DNA from: Desulfatiglandales bacterium
GTDB lineage: Bacteria; Desulfobacterota; DSM-4660; Desulfatiglandales; Desulfatiglandaceae
Direction of reading: 5' to 3'
DNA length: 64,000 nt
Assembly (NCBI GenBank): GCA_963666345.1
Contig: OY762721.1
Coordinates: forward strand, 3,904,001-3,968,000
Shown: positions 29,239 to 39,815 of the stretch, in pieces
Numbering within the stretch: position 1 is the first letter of the stretch
Layout of the letters: each line of letters begins with the position of its first letter
Notes under the pieces: generated by a model
What the model saw: the letters and a program-made list of their open reading frames with translations, nothing else
Databases searched by the model: none
What the model was told of the DNA's origin: nothing
Program-made: the position numbers and the translations under genes

Positions 29239-31131
29239 TTACTGATGCCCTATGAGAGATATGGTTATGGTGCATCCGGGGCCGTCATTATTCCTGGCCG
29301 AGATGGAGCCTCCCATGGCGGTCACGAATTTTTTGACCAGTGAAAGACCTATACCTGTCCCGCTGGTGCTTCGCGTGAGCGGTCCTTCCACCCGGTAGAA
29401 ATCATCAAAGACCTTTTTCAGGGCATGCCTGGGGATACCGGGTCCTGTATCGGATACCCTTATCCTTATCCACTTTCCCTCGGGTCTCACCGATATGGTG
29501 ATCTCCTTTCGAGGGAGGGCCTTTCCGAATTTTACGCTGTTCTCGATAAGGTTGATAAGTATCTGTATCATTACCTCCCGGTCGTATCTGAAGCCTGGAA
29601 TATCCACCTCCTCCACATTGAGAGCAAAGCCTTCCTGCCTCAGCTTTTCCTGCATGATTTCCACGGTTTCCTTGATGACATCCGCAAGATTTCCTTCCCG
29701 CATGTCAAAGGAACGCTGTCTGTTTTCCAGCTTTGAAAACTCGAGTACATTGTCTATCAGGCGGGAGAGCCTGGCGCTTTCAGATCCCAGTATGCGGAAA
29801 TAACTCTGCTCTTTTTCAGGATCGGAAGCCATCTTCTGCTCAAGCATTTCCGCGTACATCCTTATATTGGTGAGTGGAGTTTTCACTTCATGGGTAACCG
29901 AGGAAACGAATCTCGTGCGCCTGTCGGCGAGATCCACCACGGCCCGGGCGCTTTTGTAGATCGCAAAAAGACCGATAAGCATTGTTACTGCAAGGGCGGT
30001 CAGCATTATATTGAGTGTCTGTCTGCCTTCGGATAAGGGGATCCGGTCACAGGCCAGCTCAGCCTGCAAAAAGGCAAAGGGCCTGGGAAAACCCCTGTTG
30101 AGAGAGTATCCGGGGCGTTTTGAGAATGCCCCTGTCTGAATGAATCTGACTTCCCTTTCCCTGTCCATGACCTTGAGGCGAAGTTGTGAAAAACGTGACA
30201 TAGGCTGGCTTGAAAAGTAGTTGTCCGCCAGGTGACTGAGAAGTCCATCTATCTTGATAACCAGGCCCTGACGGTAGATCTGGTTGTGAATCATTATCCG
30301 TCTGAAGAGAAGGACCCTTTCATCATCTATAAAGACGGACTGCATCGGATCGACTTCAACCCGAAGATCATTGGAGTGGAGTTCTTTTTCAGGCGATGAT
30401 TTCCGGTCGTCCTCTTGCGCAGGGCTTCGGCCAAGTAGATCTTCACGATAGAATTCAGCCTTTTCTGAAAGCATCATATCCCGGTTCTCGTCGACCGGTT
30501 TGCTCCGTACTCTTTTTGAAATGTTCAGGGCCTTTTTGGCGGGAACCTGCTCTATCCTTTTCTGTTCCTGCCCAAGGGTGTCCTTCTGTCTTTTCGATCT
30601 GGAAAAACTGAGATATCTGTCGGCAAAACCGGCCTGTTTATCGGTCCTTTCCTTATCCGGTGCCTTCTGTTGTTCAACAGCAGGGCTTTCCGCCTCTGAA
30701 GTCCGTTTGAGATTGAAGATCTCGTTTGTCTGTCTCAGCATTGAAAACAGATTGCTTCGATCCTCTGGTACGGCATCCTGGTTCTCTACCAGGGGGGTTT
30801 CAAAGGTGCCGTCCGGATTGTTCTGAAGGTATCCAAGAATATAAGGTTTATCCGGGATCTTCGATAAGGGCGACCTCGATATCCCTTCAAAACCGGGCAC
30901 CTGGTCCGACGGTATGTAATTGTAACGGTATTGATCTATGTCGCGTTTTTCTTCTCTAAGGACAAGGCCTTCCAGCTCCTTTTCCATTTCCCTGAACATG
31001 GCCTCTGCGAAGTAACGAAGCTGGCTGATTTCCTCATGCTGCAGACTTTGATATGTCCTCAATACAAGGTAGGAAAGAGGAATAGATAGCGCCAGGCAAA
31101 AGATGATAATAAGTAGTTTAAGCCTCTTCAC
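29239..31131 (-). CDS. Membrane sensor histidine kinase
   Basis: Two TM segments, H-box VTHEVKTPL, NLIENSVKF, DTGPGI, GTGIGL. Confidence 0.95.
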   Translation of the reverse strand: MKRLKLLIIIFCLALSIPLSYLVLRTYQSLQHEEISQLRYFAEAMFREMEKELEGLVLREEKRDIDQYRYNYIPSDQVPGFEGISRSPLSKIPDKPYILGYLQNNPDGTFETPLVENQDAVPEDRSNLFSMLRQTNEIFNLKRTSEAESPAVEQQKAPDKERTDKQAGFADRYLSFSRSKRQKDTLGQEQKRIEQVPAKKALNISKRVRSKPVDENRDMMLSEKAEFYREDLLGRSPAQEDDRKSSPEKELHSNDLRVEVDPMQSVFIDDERVLLFRRIMIHNQIYRQGLVIKIDGLLSHLADNYFSSQPMSRFSQLRLKVMDREREVRFIQTGAFSKRPGYSLNRGFPRPFAFLQAELACDRIPLSEGRQTLNIMLTALAVTMLIGLFAIYKSARAVVDLADRRTRFVSSVTHEVKTPLTNIRMYAEMLEQKMASDPEKEQSYFRILGSESARLSRLIDNVLEFSKLENRQRSFDMREGNLADVIKETVEIMQEKLRQEGFALNVEEVDIPGFRYDREVMIQILINLIENSVKFGKALPRKEITISVRPEGKWIRIRVSDTGPGIPRHALKKVFDDFYRVEGPLTRSTSGTGIGLSLVKKFVTAMGGSISARNNDGPGCTITISLIGHQ

Positions 31132-31829
31132 GGTTCAGGCTCCAGGCGGTATCCCTCACCGCGGATTGTTAGAATTATCGGATTATCCTTTTCGGCCAGG
31201 GAGGTGATTTTTTTTCGAAGTTTGATGATATGGATATCCACGGTTCTGGTTTCAACGGTAGTGTCGGCATAATGCCAGACTTCTTTCAGGAGTTCCTTTT
31301 TTGAGACGATTCTATCCTTGTTATGATACAGGTAAGCGATTATATCCATCTCCCGTCTGGTCAGTTCCCTGGAGCGATTCTTAAAGCTTGCCGTGAGAGT
31401 CTTTCCGTTGAAGAATATACCGAAATAGCTGATCTGTTCGTTTCCGAAAGATTTGCCGCTTCTCCTGAGAAGCGCTTCGATCCGTACAATCAGTTCTCTT
31501 AGCGAAAAGGGTTTGCTTATATAATCATCGGCTCCTGCCCTGAACCCTGTTACAATATCCTCCTCAGCCCCCTTGGCCGTCAGCATGATTATGCCCTGTC
31601 CCGGCATTTTCCTGCGCAGCTCCGAACATATTGAGAAGCCGTCAAGGCTGGGCAGCATCACATCAAGTAAGATCAGATCGAAGTGCTCTTTCAATGCCTT
31701 CTGAAGTCCTTTCTCACCGTCTTTTTCCCCAACGGCCCCGTATCCGTTAAACACAAGGACATCTAAAAGACCTTCCAGGATGGCAGGGTCATCCTCAACA
31801 ACAAGGATCATGGCTTTAGGATCTTTCAT
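31128..31829 (-). CDS. OmpR-family response regulator
   Basis: VVEDD, LLDVMLP, KPF, RTVDIHI..LRKK, TIRGEGY; AAGGAG RBS before ATG 31829. Confidence 0.95.
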   Translation of the reverse strand: MKDPKAMILVVEDDPAILEGLLDVLVFNGYGAVGEKDGEKGLQKALKEHFDLILLDVMLPSLDGFSICSELRRKMPGQGIIMLTAKGAEEDIVTGFRAGADDYISKPFSLRELIVRIEALLRRSGKSFGNEQISYFGIFFNGKTLTASFKNRSRELTRREMDIIAYLYHNKDRIVSKKELLKEVWHYADTTVETRTVDIHIIKLRKKITSLAEKDNPIILTIRGEGYRLEPEP

Positions 31830-32075
31830 GGAATCTCCTTTGATATTAAACAAAGAACGCTAGTTTGTGCCCATCCGGAAATTAAACCAAGGGTACTAAT
31901 AAGATTTCCGCACGGAAACTAGGTCAGTTTATAACAAACAAGGGAGGTTTAAAAGCAAAAGTTATGCAAAAAAATCCTGTTTCTTTTTACAATTCTTTGA
32001 ATTGCCTTTCAGTTCGTATCAGATACTATGAATAACAAGACCGGACTTATTAATCTCAAAAAGAGGAGAAAGGCC

Positions 32076-33494
32076 ATGAAAAGGAAATATTTTAAATCGT
32101 TGATGGTAATCGGACTCATTGCGCTTACTTGCGTGGCAATGGCATATTCGGGCAGGAAAACTGTACGGAACCCGGTGAGCAGCGAGAGAAAGGGGATTGT
32201 CGCTCTTGCCGGGAATCTTTCGCAGGAAAAGGTCCTCCTGGGTAAGGAAGGGCGTGTGAGCCTGTCCCTGACCATGACCGCCGACGATGTAATCGATTTT
32301 GCCGGAGGAGACGAGAGCCCGGTTGACCTGGTAATCGTTCTGGACCGCAGTGGTTCAATGAAAGGCCTGAAGATAGACGATGCAAAGGATGCGATTCACA
32401 GGCTGCTTTCCACTCTGTCTGCCGGGGACAGAATCGCCCTTGTGTCATACTCGAACCGGGTAACAAGGCATTCCAACTTCATGAAAGTTACACCTGCCAA
32501 CAGAGTATATCTGCGGTCGATGATTGATACGATATCCGCCGGCGGCGGAACAAACCTGGGGGGCGGCCTGAAAGAATCGATAGATCTGTTCCTGGGCTCA
32601 AAGACAGATGGTCGGATGGGGAAGGTGATTCTAATATCAGACGGGCTGGCCAATCACGGGGTAACGAATCCTGAAACCTTGGGCCGGATGGCATCGGTTG
32701 CTGTAAAAGAGGAATTTGGAATAAGTACCCTGGGAGTGGGCAGAGACTTTAACGAGGTTCTCATGACCGCCATAGCGGACAGGGGAGCAGGCCGTTATTA
32801 CTATCTGGAGGACCCGGGAGCCTTTGCAGCTGTCTTCCAGAAAGAGTTTCAACGCACAAGGGCGGTTGCGGCCTCAGCTGTTGAAATCAGGATTCCCTTG
32901 AAAAATGGCATGTCTCTAATAGACGCGGCCGGATATCCTTTTGAGATCAGAAACGGTAACGCCTGTCTGAATCCAGGGAATATTCTTTCAGGTGAAAAAA
33001 GAAAACTTTTTTTCACCTTCAGGGTGCCTACGGACCGGGAAAGGGAATTTAGCATAGAGGGTATAACGGTATCTTATCGGTATAAAGGTTTAAATTACGC
33101 AGCAGCCCTTAATGAGCCTTTCAGAATAGCCTGCGTGAAAGACAGAAAAGAGGTGTTCGCCTCTATAGACAAAAACGAATGGGAGGAGAAGGTCATTCGT
33201 GACAGTTACAACAGATTGAGACAAGGGGTGGCGGCATTGATCACGCACGGCAAAAAAGAAGAGGCACTTGAGAGCATTAAACAATACGCCGATGAACAGA
33301 GTGCAATCAATTCAGTTGTCGGTTCGGCCAGGGTTTCAGAAAATCTGGATAAGGATGTCAAGGAAATGAAAAAGGCTGTACAGGATACATTCCACGGGGT
33401 GCCTTCCGAAGTGGCTCAAAAACAAAAAGAAAGGGCAAAGGCCCTGCAGTATAAGGGATATTTGGGCAGGCGTGAAGGCAGTGTTTCTAATTAG
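32076..33494 (+). CDS. Exported von Willebrand factor A domain protein
   Basis: Signal peptide, MIDAS motif DRSGS, GGGTN, ISDGLAN. Confidence 0.92.
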   Translation: MKRKYFKSLMVIGLIALTCVAMAYSGRKTVRNPVSSERKGIVALAGNLSQEKVLLGKEGRVSLSLTMTADDVIDFAGGDESPVDLVIVLDRSGSMKGLKIDDAKDAIHRLLSTLSAGDRIALVSYSNRVTRHSNFMKVTPANRVYLRSMIDTISAGGGTNLGGGLKESIDLFLGSKTDGRMGKVILISDGLANHGVTNPETLGRMASVAVKEEFGISTLGVGRDFNEVLMTAIADRGAGRYYYLEDPGAFAAVFQKEFQRTRAVAASAVEIRIPLKNGMSLIDAAGYPFEIRNGNACLNPGNILSGEKRKLFFTFRVPTDREREFSIEGITVSYRYKGLNYAAALNEPFRIACVKDRKEVFASIDKNEWEEKVIRDSYNRLRQGVAALITHGKKEEALESIKQYADEQSAINSVVGSARVSENLDKDVKEMKKAVQDTFHGVPSEVAQKQKERAKALQYKGYLGRREGSVSN

Positions 33495-33650
33495 TGTTCA
33501 TCCGTAAATCAAGATTTACGGACTCACGCTATCAGCAGCCAGCTCTCAGCGGTCAGTAAAACACTTGAGATATCAATTTGTTGGCTACTTGCTGACAGCT
33601 GACGGCTGAAGGCAACATCCGGAAATGGATCATTTCTGGAATGGAACTAG
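33492..33650. repeat. Miniature palindromic (REP/MITE-like) element
   Basis: Hairpins TCCGTAAATC-AA-GATTTACGGA and TCCGGAAATG-GAT-CATTTCTGGA enclose inverted heptamer repeats; related sequence at 31860-31922. Confidence 0.65.
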
Positions 33651-33744
33651 TTAAGAAGAATCAGAGATGAATTTTATGAGTTCACTTTGGATTTGAACAG
33701 GTGAGGCGGTCTCGTGAGGAGACGGTACTTAAGAGGAGGGAAAA

Positions 33745-34305
33745 ATGGCGATAATGACAAGAATAGTTCGGCTTTGCAGGGCGGATATCCATGGCGTAGT
33801 GGACCAAATGGAGAACAAGGGGCTGATCCTGAAGCAATATCTCAGGGATATGGAACGGGAACTTGACCAGAACGAGTCTATGTTGAAAAAGATTCTGTTA
33901 TCCAGGGATCAGGCGAAAAAAGAATATGACATATATTACAACGAAACCGAAAATGTGGAACAGGACCTGAAAATGGCCTTGGAAAAGGATAAGGACAATA
34001 TAGCCCGCCAGTTGATAAAAAAGCTTAAACCGCTGAGCCGCTACTTGAAGGAAATCGGTTGTTATATCGAAACACTTGATAAAGAAATCGTCCGGCATGA
34101 GGAATGTCTCAAAGAACGGAGGCTTCAGCACGAGCGATTAAGATTAAGGTCCCTGGAATATGGTCGGGGGTTGGTGCGCAGCAAATGGGAGAAATCAATT
34201 AATTCCACGATCCCGAGGGAAATCTCCGTTGAAACCTCTGATGCGGAAATAGAAATGGAATTGCTTAAACGAAAAGAAGCCATCAAGGGAGGTGAACAGA
34301 GATGA
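33745..34305 (+). CDS. PspA/IM30-family protein
   Basis: MAIMTRIVRL.RADIH..VD..E....LKQYLRDME, coiled coil, A...D.DNIAR, EIE.EL tail. Confidence 0.88.
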   Translation: MAIMTRIVRLCRADIHGVVDQMENKGLILKQYLRDMERELDQNESMLKKILLSRDQAKKEYDIYYNETENVEQDLKMALEKDKDNIARQLIKKLKPLSRYLKEIGCYIETLDKEIVRHEECLKERRLQHERLRLRSLEYGRGLVRSKWEKSINSTIPREISVETSDAEIEMELLKRKEAIKGGEQR

Positions 34306-34856
34306 ATATAACGAAAAGACCGGTCAGGGCTACAGTGCTATTGGGTCTGGCGTGCGGGATCTCCTTTGTACCGGCTACCATGCTTTTTGCCTGTATGGTC
34401 TCCTGGTCAACGGCGTTTTGTCTTACCATATGGGTCTATCTTGTCATATACGGGGCCTTCTTGGCAAGGTGGGCCGGGAAGAGTTTCGCTTCTAGCATCT
34501 TTCCACTCCTGATCCCTTTCCCTTTTATAGTATGGGGGAATCCTGAAATGTCTTTTATGATGATGTCTCTGATTATTTTAAGCTGGGTCCGGAGCGGTAT
34601 ATGCTTTACAGACTTACCGTATCGCAGGTTAGGAGTCGAAGTGATGCTGTCCATGGGCGGAGGAGCACTCGTAGCCTTTTTCGCATCCGGTTCCCCTGCG
34701 AGTTGGGCTCTGGGTGTTTGGATGTTTTTCCTGATCCAGGCGCTCTATTTTATTTTGATCGGAGATAAGCTTATTGCTGAAACAGGTGAGCCTGTCGATC
34801 CTTTTGATCTGGCACGAAGGGGGGCGGAAAGAATCCTGGCTTCAGAAGACAGTTGA
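34302..34856 (+). CDS. Multi-pass membrane protein coupled to pspA
   Basis: ATGA overlap; about 6 hydrophobic segments; DPFDLARR.AE.IL tail. Confidence 0.75.
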   Translation: MNITKRPVRATVLLGLACGISFVPATMLFACMVSWSTAFCLTIWVYLVIYGAFLARWAGKSFASSIFPLLIPFPFIVWGNPEMSFMMMSLIILSWVRSGICFTDLPYRRLGVEVMLSMGGGALVAFFASGSPASWALGVWMFFLIQALYFILIGDKLIAETGEPVDPFDLARRGAERILASEDS

Positions 34857-34866
34857 GGGCCTATTT

Positions 34867-35865
34867 TCAACCTAACTTGAACCACTTCCATATCTCGTTG
34901 AATTTGTCCTCACAGGACAAAAATGCGTCTACTATGCTAGGATCGAAGTGAGAACCTTTTCCTGCAAGTATTATGGCCTTTGCCATATCATCGGAAAATG
35001 CCTCTTTGTAGACCCTTTTATTTATGAGTGCGTCATATACATCGGCAAGCGCGACTATCCGAGCGGGGAGCGGGATATCCTCTCCCTTGAGCCCGTTAGG
35101 ATAACCGCTTCCGTCAAATTTTTCATGATGGAAACGGGCGATCTGTGCACTCATTTTTAGGTATTCCGCTTTTGGATATCTTTTTTGGGCCTCGTTAAGT
35201 GTTTCCCATCCGACTATCGAATGGTTTTTCATTATCGTGAATTCCTTATCATCAAGCCTGCCCTGTTTCAGCAGGATGTGGTCGGGGATCCCGACCTTTC
35301 CTATGTCATGAAGAGGGCTCGTAAGGAAGATGTTTTCAATGAAAAGGCCGTCTATTTCATTATGATTATCTTCTTCAGCCAGAAACTGGGCCAATATCTT
35401 GGAATAATGACGAATCCTTTCCAGATGATTTCCTGTTTCCGGATCGCGTGATTCGGCAAGTTTGGCAAGGGAAAAAATGACGATATCTCTGCTTTCAAAG
35501 CCCAATATCCGTTCTCCGGCACGTATCCTTACCGAAAGTTCATCCTTTTGAAAGGGTTTTGTTATATAATCATCCGCTCCGAAATTTATCGCTTCAACCA
35601 CGTCGCTTATATCATTTTTTGATGTAAGCATTATGATGTATGTGTATTGGCTTCCTTCCTGTTCCCTTATCCTTTTACAGAGTTCCAGTCCGTCCATTCC
35701 GGGCATTACCCAGTCGGTGATAACCATTCTGGGTCTTTGGTACTGCCAGATCTTTAGCGCCTCTTCTCCACTTTCAGCCACTATTGTTTCGTATTCAAGG
35801 CTGCTTACAAGCTTGTTCAACTTTTCACGACTTACCAGTTCATCATCCACAAGCAGTATTTTCAT
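34867..35865 (-). CDS. Response regulator with HD-GYP phosphodiesterase domain (RpfG-like)
   Basis: REC domain; HDIGK, HHEKFDGSGYP, ADVYDAL. Confidence 0.95.
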   Translation of the reverse strand: MKILLVDDELVSREKLNKLVSSLEYETIVAESGEEALKIWQYQRPRMVITDWVMPGMDGLELCKRIREQEGSQYTYIIMLTSKNDISDVVEAINFGADDYITKPFQKDELSVRIRAGERILGFESRDIVIFSLAKLAESRDPETGNHLERIRHYSKILAQFLAEEDNHNEIDGLFIENIFLTSPLHDIGKVGIPDHILLKQGRLDDKEFTIMKNHSIVGWETLNEAQKRYPKAEYLKMSAQIARFHHEKFDGSGYPNGLKGEDIPLPARIVALADVYDALINKRVYKEAFSDDMAKAIILAGKGSHFDPSIVDAFLSCEDKFNEIWKWFKLG

Positions 35866-35902
35866 ATAATTACCTCTATCTATATGTTATGATAAAACAT
35901 AA

Positions 35903-38900
35903 TTAAGACAAAAAGTCTTTGAGCCTCAGCATTTCCTGCTCGAGTTGATCAATCAGTTCATGACAATTATCGAGCAGCCGTGATTTGCCCGCATCAACAA
36001 GATCATGGGCTACTTGGGCCAGTTGTTTCGCAGTAAGATTCGCCGCGCCACCTTTTATCTTGTGAGCTTCCTTCCAGATTTTCGTAAAGTCTCCATGATT
36101 AATAGCTGCTCTTATATTTACAATTTGAACTTCCAGGTTTTCCAAAAAGCCCTTGAGAAGATTATCTAAAAAGACCTTGTCTCCATCAAATTCCTTTACC
36201 GCCTCCTCATATACAAATGGAAGATTTTTTTCCGATATCCTGCCATTCGTGATGTTCTGCCTTTTGTCCGCACTGTTTCCGGTTACAATAGATTCGGTAA
36301 AACCTCGCTTACCGGACGTATCCGCTCGGACAGCCCATTTATTAACGATTGTTGTCAGGTCCTTTTTCCTCAATGGTTTTGTTATGAAATCGTTCATGCC
36401 GATAGACATGCATTTTTCCTCGTCACTCTTAAGCGCGTGGGCGGTCATTGCGATAATCGGCGTTTTGTTGCCCGGGTTTTGGGAATATTTTTCGTTTTCC
36501 ATCCTTCTTATTTTTTCAGTGGCTTCATAACCGTCCATTACAGGCATTTGTATATCCATAAGCACTACGTCATAAAGGCCCTTTTTGAATAGTTCGACGG
36601 CCTGGAGACCGTTCTGAGCCAGGTCCACCTGAAAACCGGCTCCAAGGAGATGTCTCATGGCCACTTCCTGATTGGTCTGATAGTCTTCAACAAGCAGAAC
36701 TTTTATCGTCTTTTCCTGGTGCGCTTCCATGGTCTGCCTGGTTACTACGGGCTGTATATGTGCGGGCTCTCGTTCCTTTGTAAGGCCCAATACCGATCTT
36801 ACTACATTATTAAGCTCGTTTTTTCTTACAGGTTTGCTGAAGTAACCGTTAATGCCTATATCGATGCAAAGATCGGAGTCGCCCTTTTCAGTTGCCGAGG
36901 TAAGGGCTATAATAGGTATTTTATCAAAACCGTCCCTCGTTTTTATCTCTTCCGCCAGTTCAAAACCGTTGCAGGACGGCATGTTTATATCGGTAATTAT
37001 AAGATCGATTGCGGTGCCCGAGTCACTCGAACCTTGGATCACGTCAAGCGCTTCGGTCCTGCCGGAAGCTTCAACGCAATGGCATCCCCATGACTTAAGA
37101 TATTCCGATAAAATGAATTTATTGGTTTCATTATCCTCGATTACCAGAACGGTGAGCCCTGCCAGTCCGTGGTATTCGGTTTTAGGAATATGCACGCCTT
37201 CCGTGGATTCCTTGAAACTTACGGAAAACCTGAAGGTCGTACCTTTTCCTTCCTCGCTTTCAACAGAGATGTCCCCGCCCATCAATTCAACCAGCTGTTT
37301 TGATATGGTGGTTCCAAGTCCTGATCCTCCATATTTTCTGGTTGTCGAGCTGTCCGCCTGAGTGAAGCTTTCAAATATCTTGTCTATTTCTTCGGTAGAT
37401 ATTCCTATGCCGGTATCCTTTATCTGAAATGAAACCTCTATTTGACCGGTGCCGGCGCTGGCAAGATCTGCCAGCAGGTGAATTTCACCTTTTTGAGTAA
37501 ACTTGATGGCATTATCCAGGAGATTTACCAGGATCTGTCGAAGTCTTCCCGGGTCGCCTTCAACTATCGGAGGAATTTTAGAGGAGAGAAAAAACAGAAG
37601 TTCAAGTCCCTTTTTTTCAGCTCTCATGGCCGCGCCTTTGGCAATGCCTTCGACAAGGGCCCTGAGATCGAAAGAAACCACCTCAAGCTCCAGTTTCCCG
37701 GATTCGATTTTTGAAAAATCGAGGATGTCGTTTATGAGATCGAGCAGGGAATTCGCCTCGGTGTTAAGCGTTGAAAGCAGGCTCTTCTGGTTTTCATTAA
37801 GTTCCGTATCCATAACAAGTTCGGTCATCCCTATGATCCCGTTTAACGGAGTTCTTATCTCATGGCTCATCTTGGCCAGGAATTCACTTTTGGCTTCATT
37901 GGCCGCTTCTGCGGCAGCTTTGGCCTGCTGGAGTTCATCCGCTCTCATCTTTTCGCTTATATCTCTTGAGAATTCCCTGAAACCGATGATTTTTCCCTCC
38001 TGATCTTTCATCAGGACGACAGAAAGTTCCAGATATCCCTTTTTACCGTCTTTTCTGGCAATTTCAAACCATATCCGCCTGGAAGGAATTCCGGTTTTGT
38101 ATACATTGTCGAACAACTTGAAGAGTTGTTTGGCGTTGTCTTCGTCCATAAAGTGACTGTAGTTCATCCCGAGCATTTCTTTTTTTTCATAGCCGAAAAA
38201 TTTGCATGTCGCGCTATTTACGAAAGTGAAATTACCCTCAAGGTCGAGTTCAACATACCCGTCTTCCATGTTTTCCAAAATATTTCGATATTTTTCTTCG
38301 CTTTTCCTGAGTTTTTGTTCCGCCTGCTTTATGTCGGAGATATCATGTACGACCAGCATAAGCCTGGATGGCTTGCCCCTTTTGTCATAAATATGTCTTG
38401 TATTTATAACTACATAAAGAATCTTGTTGTTATTGCCCTTGATATTGTATTCAGCCGGGTAGGGTGAGGATCTGCCCTCTGTCATTCTTGACATTCTTTC
38501 TAAAAACGCCTGTCTGCTCTCATCTGTCAGAAGATCAGTGAATTTCATTGAAAGGAGTTTGCTTTTCTTGTAACCGCAGTATTCACATATGACATCGTTA
38601 AGACTCAAGAACCGATGAGTTTTCAGCTCAAGTTCCGCAATCCCTGCAGGAGCATGTTTAACGAGAAGCCGGTAGTTTTCTTCGCTGTTTCTCAGCGCCA
38701 GTTCAACCTGAGTCCTTTCTGCTATTTCATTTGAAAGGATATCACGTGAGGTCATGGAATTTTTTAATTCCTGGGTCATCTCGTTAAAGGAATTGGCCAG
38801 CATGCCGATTTCATCATTGCTGTTTATGGCGATGTAATGATCAAGATTCCCTTTGGCGATCTCTTTTGTTCCCTTCATCAAATTAGTGATCGGCTTTGTG

Positions 38901-39484
38901 AAATATCTGGCGAATCTGAAGGACAAAAGAACGCCCACCAGAAAGATTATGCTTCCATAGTAAATGCTGTCCCTGAAAATAACGATGTTGGCTTTTTTGA
39001 CCTTCTGCATTGAAACACCCGTCAGCAGATGCCATCTGCCTTTTCCCAGTTCAATGGGCGTTATGATAATTTTGATGTGTTCTCCGGTTTCAGGTAGTAA
39101 TGCATCTCTTGAAACGCTGTTCGAACCAACTGTGGCGGCTTTATCATGAAATAGCTTCCCCAGTTCTTTTTCGCCTGAGGTCAGGTATTCCTTGCCGTCA
39201 GGCTTCAGAAGAGTTAAGAAAATGATATCTTTGGATGAAGTTATTTCTTTGAATTGTTTTTCCAAAAATTGCCAGTTCGAGGAGCTGAAAGCATTTTCCA
39301 CGCTGGATGAAAGGTGCCGTGAGATAAGGATGCTCTTGCCTATAAGTTCATCTTTTATGATTTTGGTTTGTATTTTGATAGATCCGAACATGGATATGCA
39401 GATACTGAATATCAGCAATACTGAAACCAGTAATGTGATTTTGAAAAGGAGCCCTTTTGTTGGCGATAAAGAAGTCTTTTTCAT
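35903..39484 (-). CDS. Hybrid sensor kinase (HAMP, 2 PAS, HisKA/HATPase, 2 REC, Hpt)
   Basis: SHEIRTPLNG, GDPGRLRQIL, GSGLG, two REC domains, AHKIKG Hpt motif. Confidence 0.95.
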   Translation of the reverse strand: MKKTSLSPTKGLLFKITLLVSVLLIFSICISMFGSIKIQTKIIKDELIGKSILISRHLSSSVENAFSSSNWQFLEKQFKEITSSKDIIFLTLLKPDGKEYLTSGEKELGKLFHDKAATVGSNSVSRDALLPETGEHIKIIITPIELGKGRWHLLTGVSMQKVKKANIVIFRDSIYYGSIIFLVGVLLSFRFARYFTKPITNLMKGTKEIAKGNLDHYIAINSNDEIGMLANSFNEMTQELKNSMTSRDILSNEIAERTQVELALRNSEENYRLLVKHAPAGIAELELKTHRFLSLNDVICEYCGYKKSKLLSMKFTDLLTDESRQAFLERMSRMTEGRSSPYPAEYNIKGNNNKILYVVINTRHIYDKRGKPSRLMLVVHDISDIKQAEQKLRKSEEKYRNILENMEDGYVELDLEGNFTFVNSATCKFFGYEKKEMLGMNYSHFMDEDNAKQLFKLFDNVYKTGIPSRRIWFEIARKDGKKGYLELSVVLMKDQEGKIIGFREFSRDISEKMRADELQQAKAAAEAANEAKSEFLAKMSHEIRTPLNGIIGMTELVMDTELNENQKSLLSTLNTEANSLLDLINDILDFSKIESGKLELEVVSFDLRALVEGIAKGAAMRAEKKGLELLFFLSSKIPPIVEGDPGRLRQILVNLLDNAIKFTQKGEIHLLADLASAGTGQIEVSFQIKDTGIGISTEEIDKIFESFTQADSSTTRKYGGSGLGTTISKQLVELMGGDISVESEEGKGTTFRFSVSFKESTEGVHIPKTEYHGLAGLTVLVIEDNETNKFILSEYLKSWGCHCVEASGRTEALDVIQGSSDSGTAIDLIITDINMPSCNGFELAEEIKTRDGFDKIPIIALTSATEKGDSDLCIDIGINGYFSKPVRKNELNNVVRSVLGLTKEREPAHIQPVVTRQTMEAHQEKTIKVLLVEDYQTNQEVAMRHLLGAGFQVDLAQNGLQAVELFKKGLYDVVLMDIQMPVMDGYEATEKIRRMENEKYSQNPGNKTPIIAMTAHALKSDEEKCMSIGMNDFITKPLRKKDLTTIVNKWAVRADTSGKRGFTESIVTGNSADKRQNITNGRISEKNLPFVYEEAVKEFDGDKVFLDNLLKGFLENLEVQIVNIRAAINHGDFTKIWKEAHKIKGGAANLTAKQLAQVAHDLVDAGKSRLLDNCHELIDQLEQEMLRLKDFLS

Positions 39485-39699
39485 ATCAAATTTTTCATGT
39501 TGAAACTGAGGATTGAATGTCCTGGTTCCCTTTAAGGGGTTAACCCCACGCACGGTCCTTTGGCTCCCGACTCTTTACTGTTTGAATTCCGGAAATATGT
39601 CATATTCCAAAGCCCTAAGATCGGCCGTTGCGGTTACCCGCAAAATCGGGTCTGTCCGAAATTACTGTTTTGCACTTTGGAAATTCACCATCTCCCATT

Positions 39700-39815
39700 A
39701 TTATATTTCGGGATAGATATTCATCAGGTCGTGAAGGCTTGATCATATAACCGTAAGCTTTGATATCCAGGGCAGTCTCTGACATTTCAGGCTTATCCAT
39801 GCCGGTTTCCTTCAT
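39700..39815 (-). pseudogene. Receiver-domain fragment
   Basis: ETALDIKAYGYMIKP resembles the end of a REC domain; no intact gene around it. Confidence 0.4.

Noticed and set aside
33745..34305. PspA as conjugation partner of the nearby CBASS cyclase
   Set aside because: Such conjugation is reported for a different CBASS type in Bacillus; this pspA is 14 kb away in core-like DNA with no sequence evidence of a link
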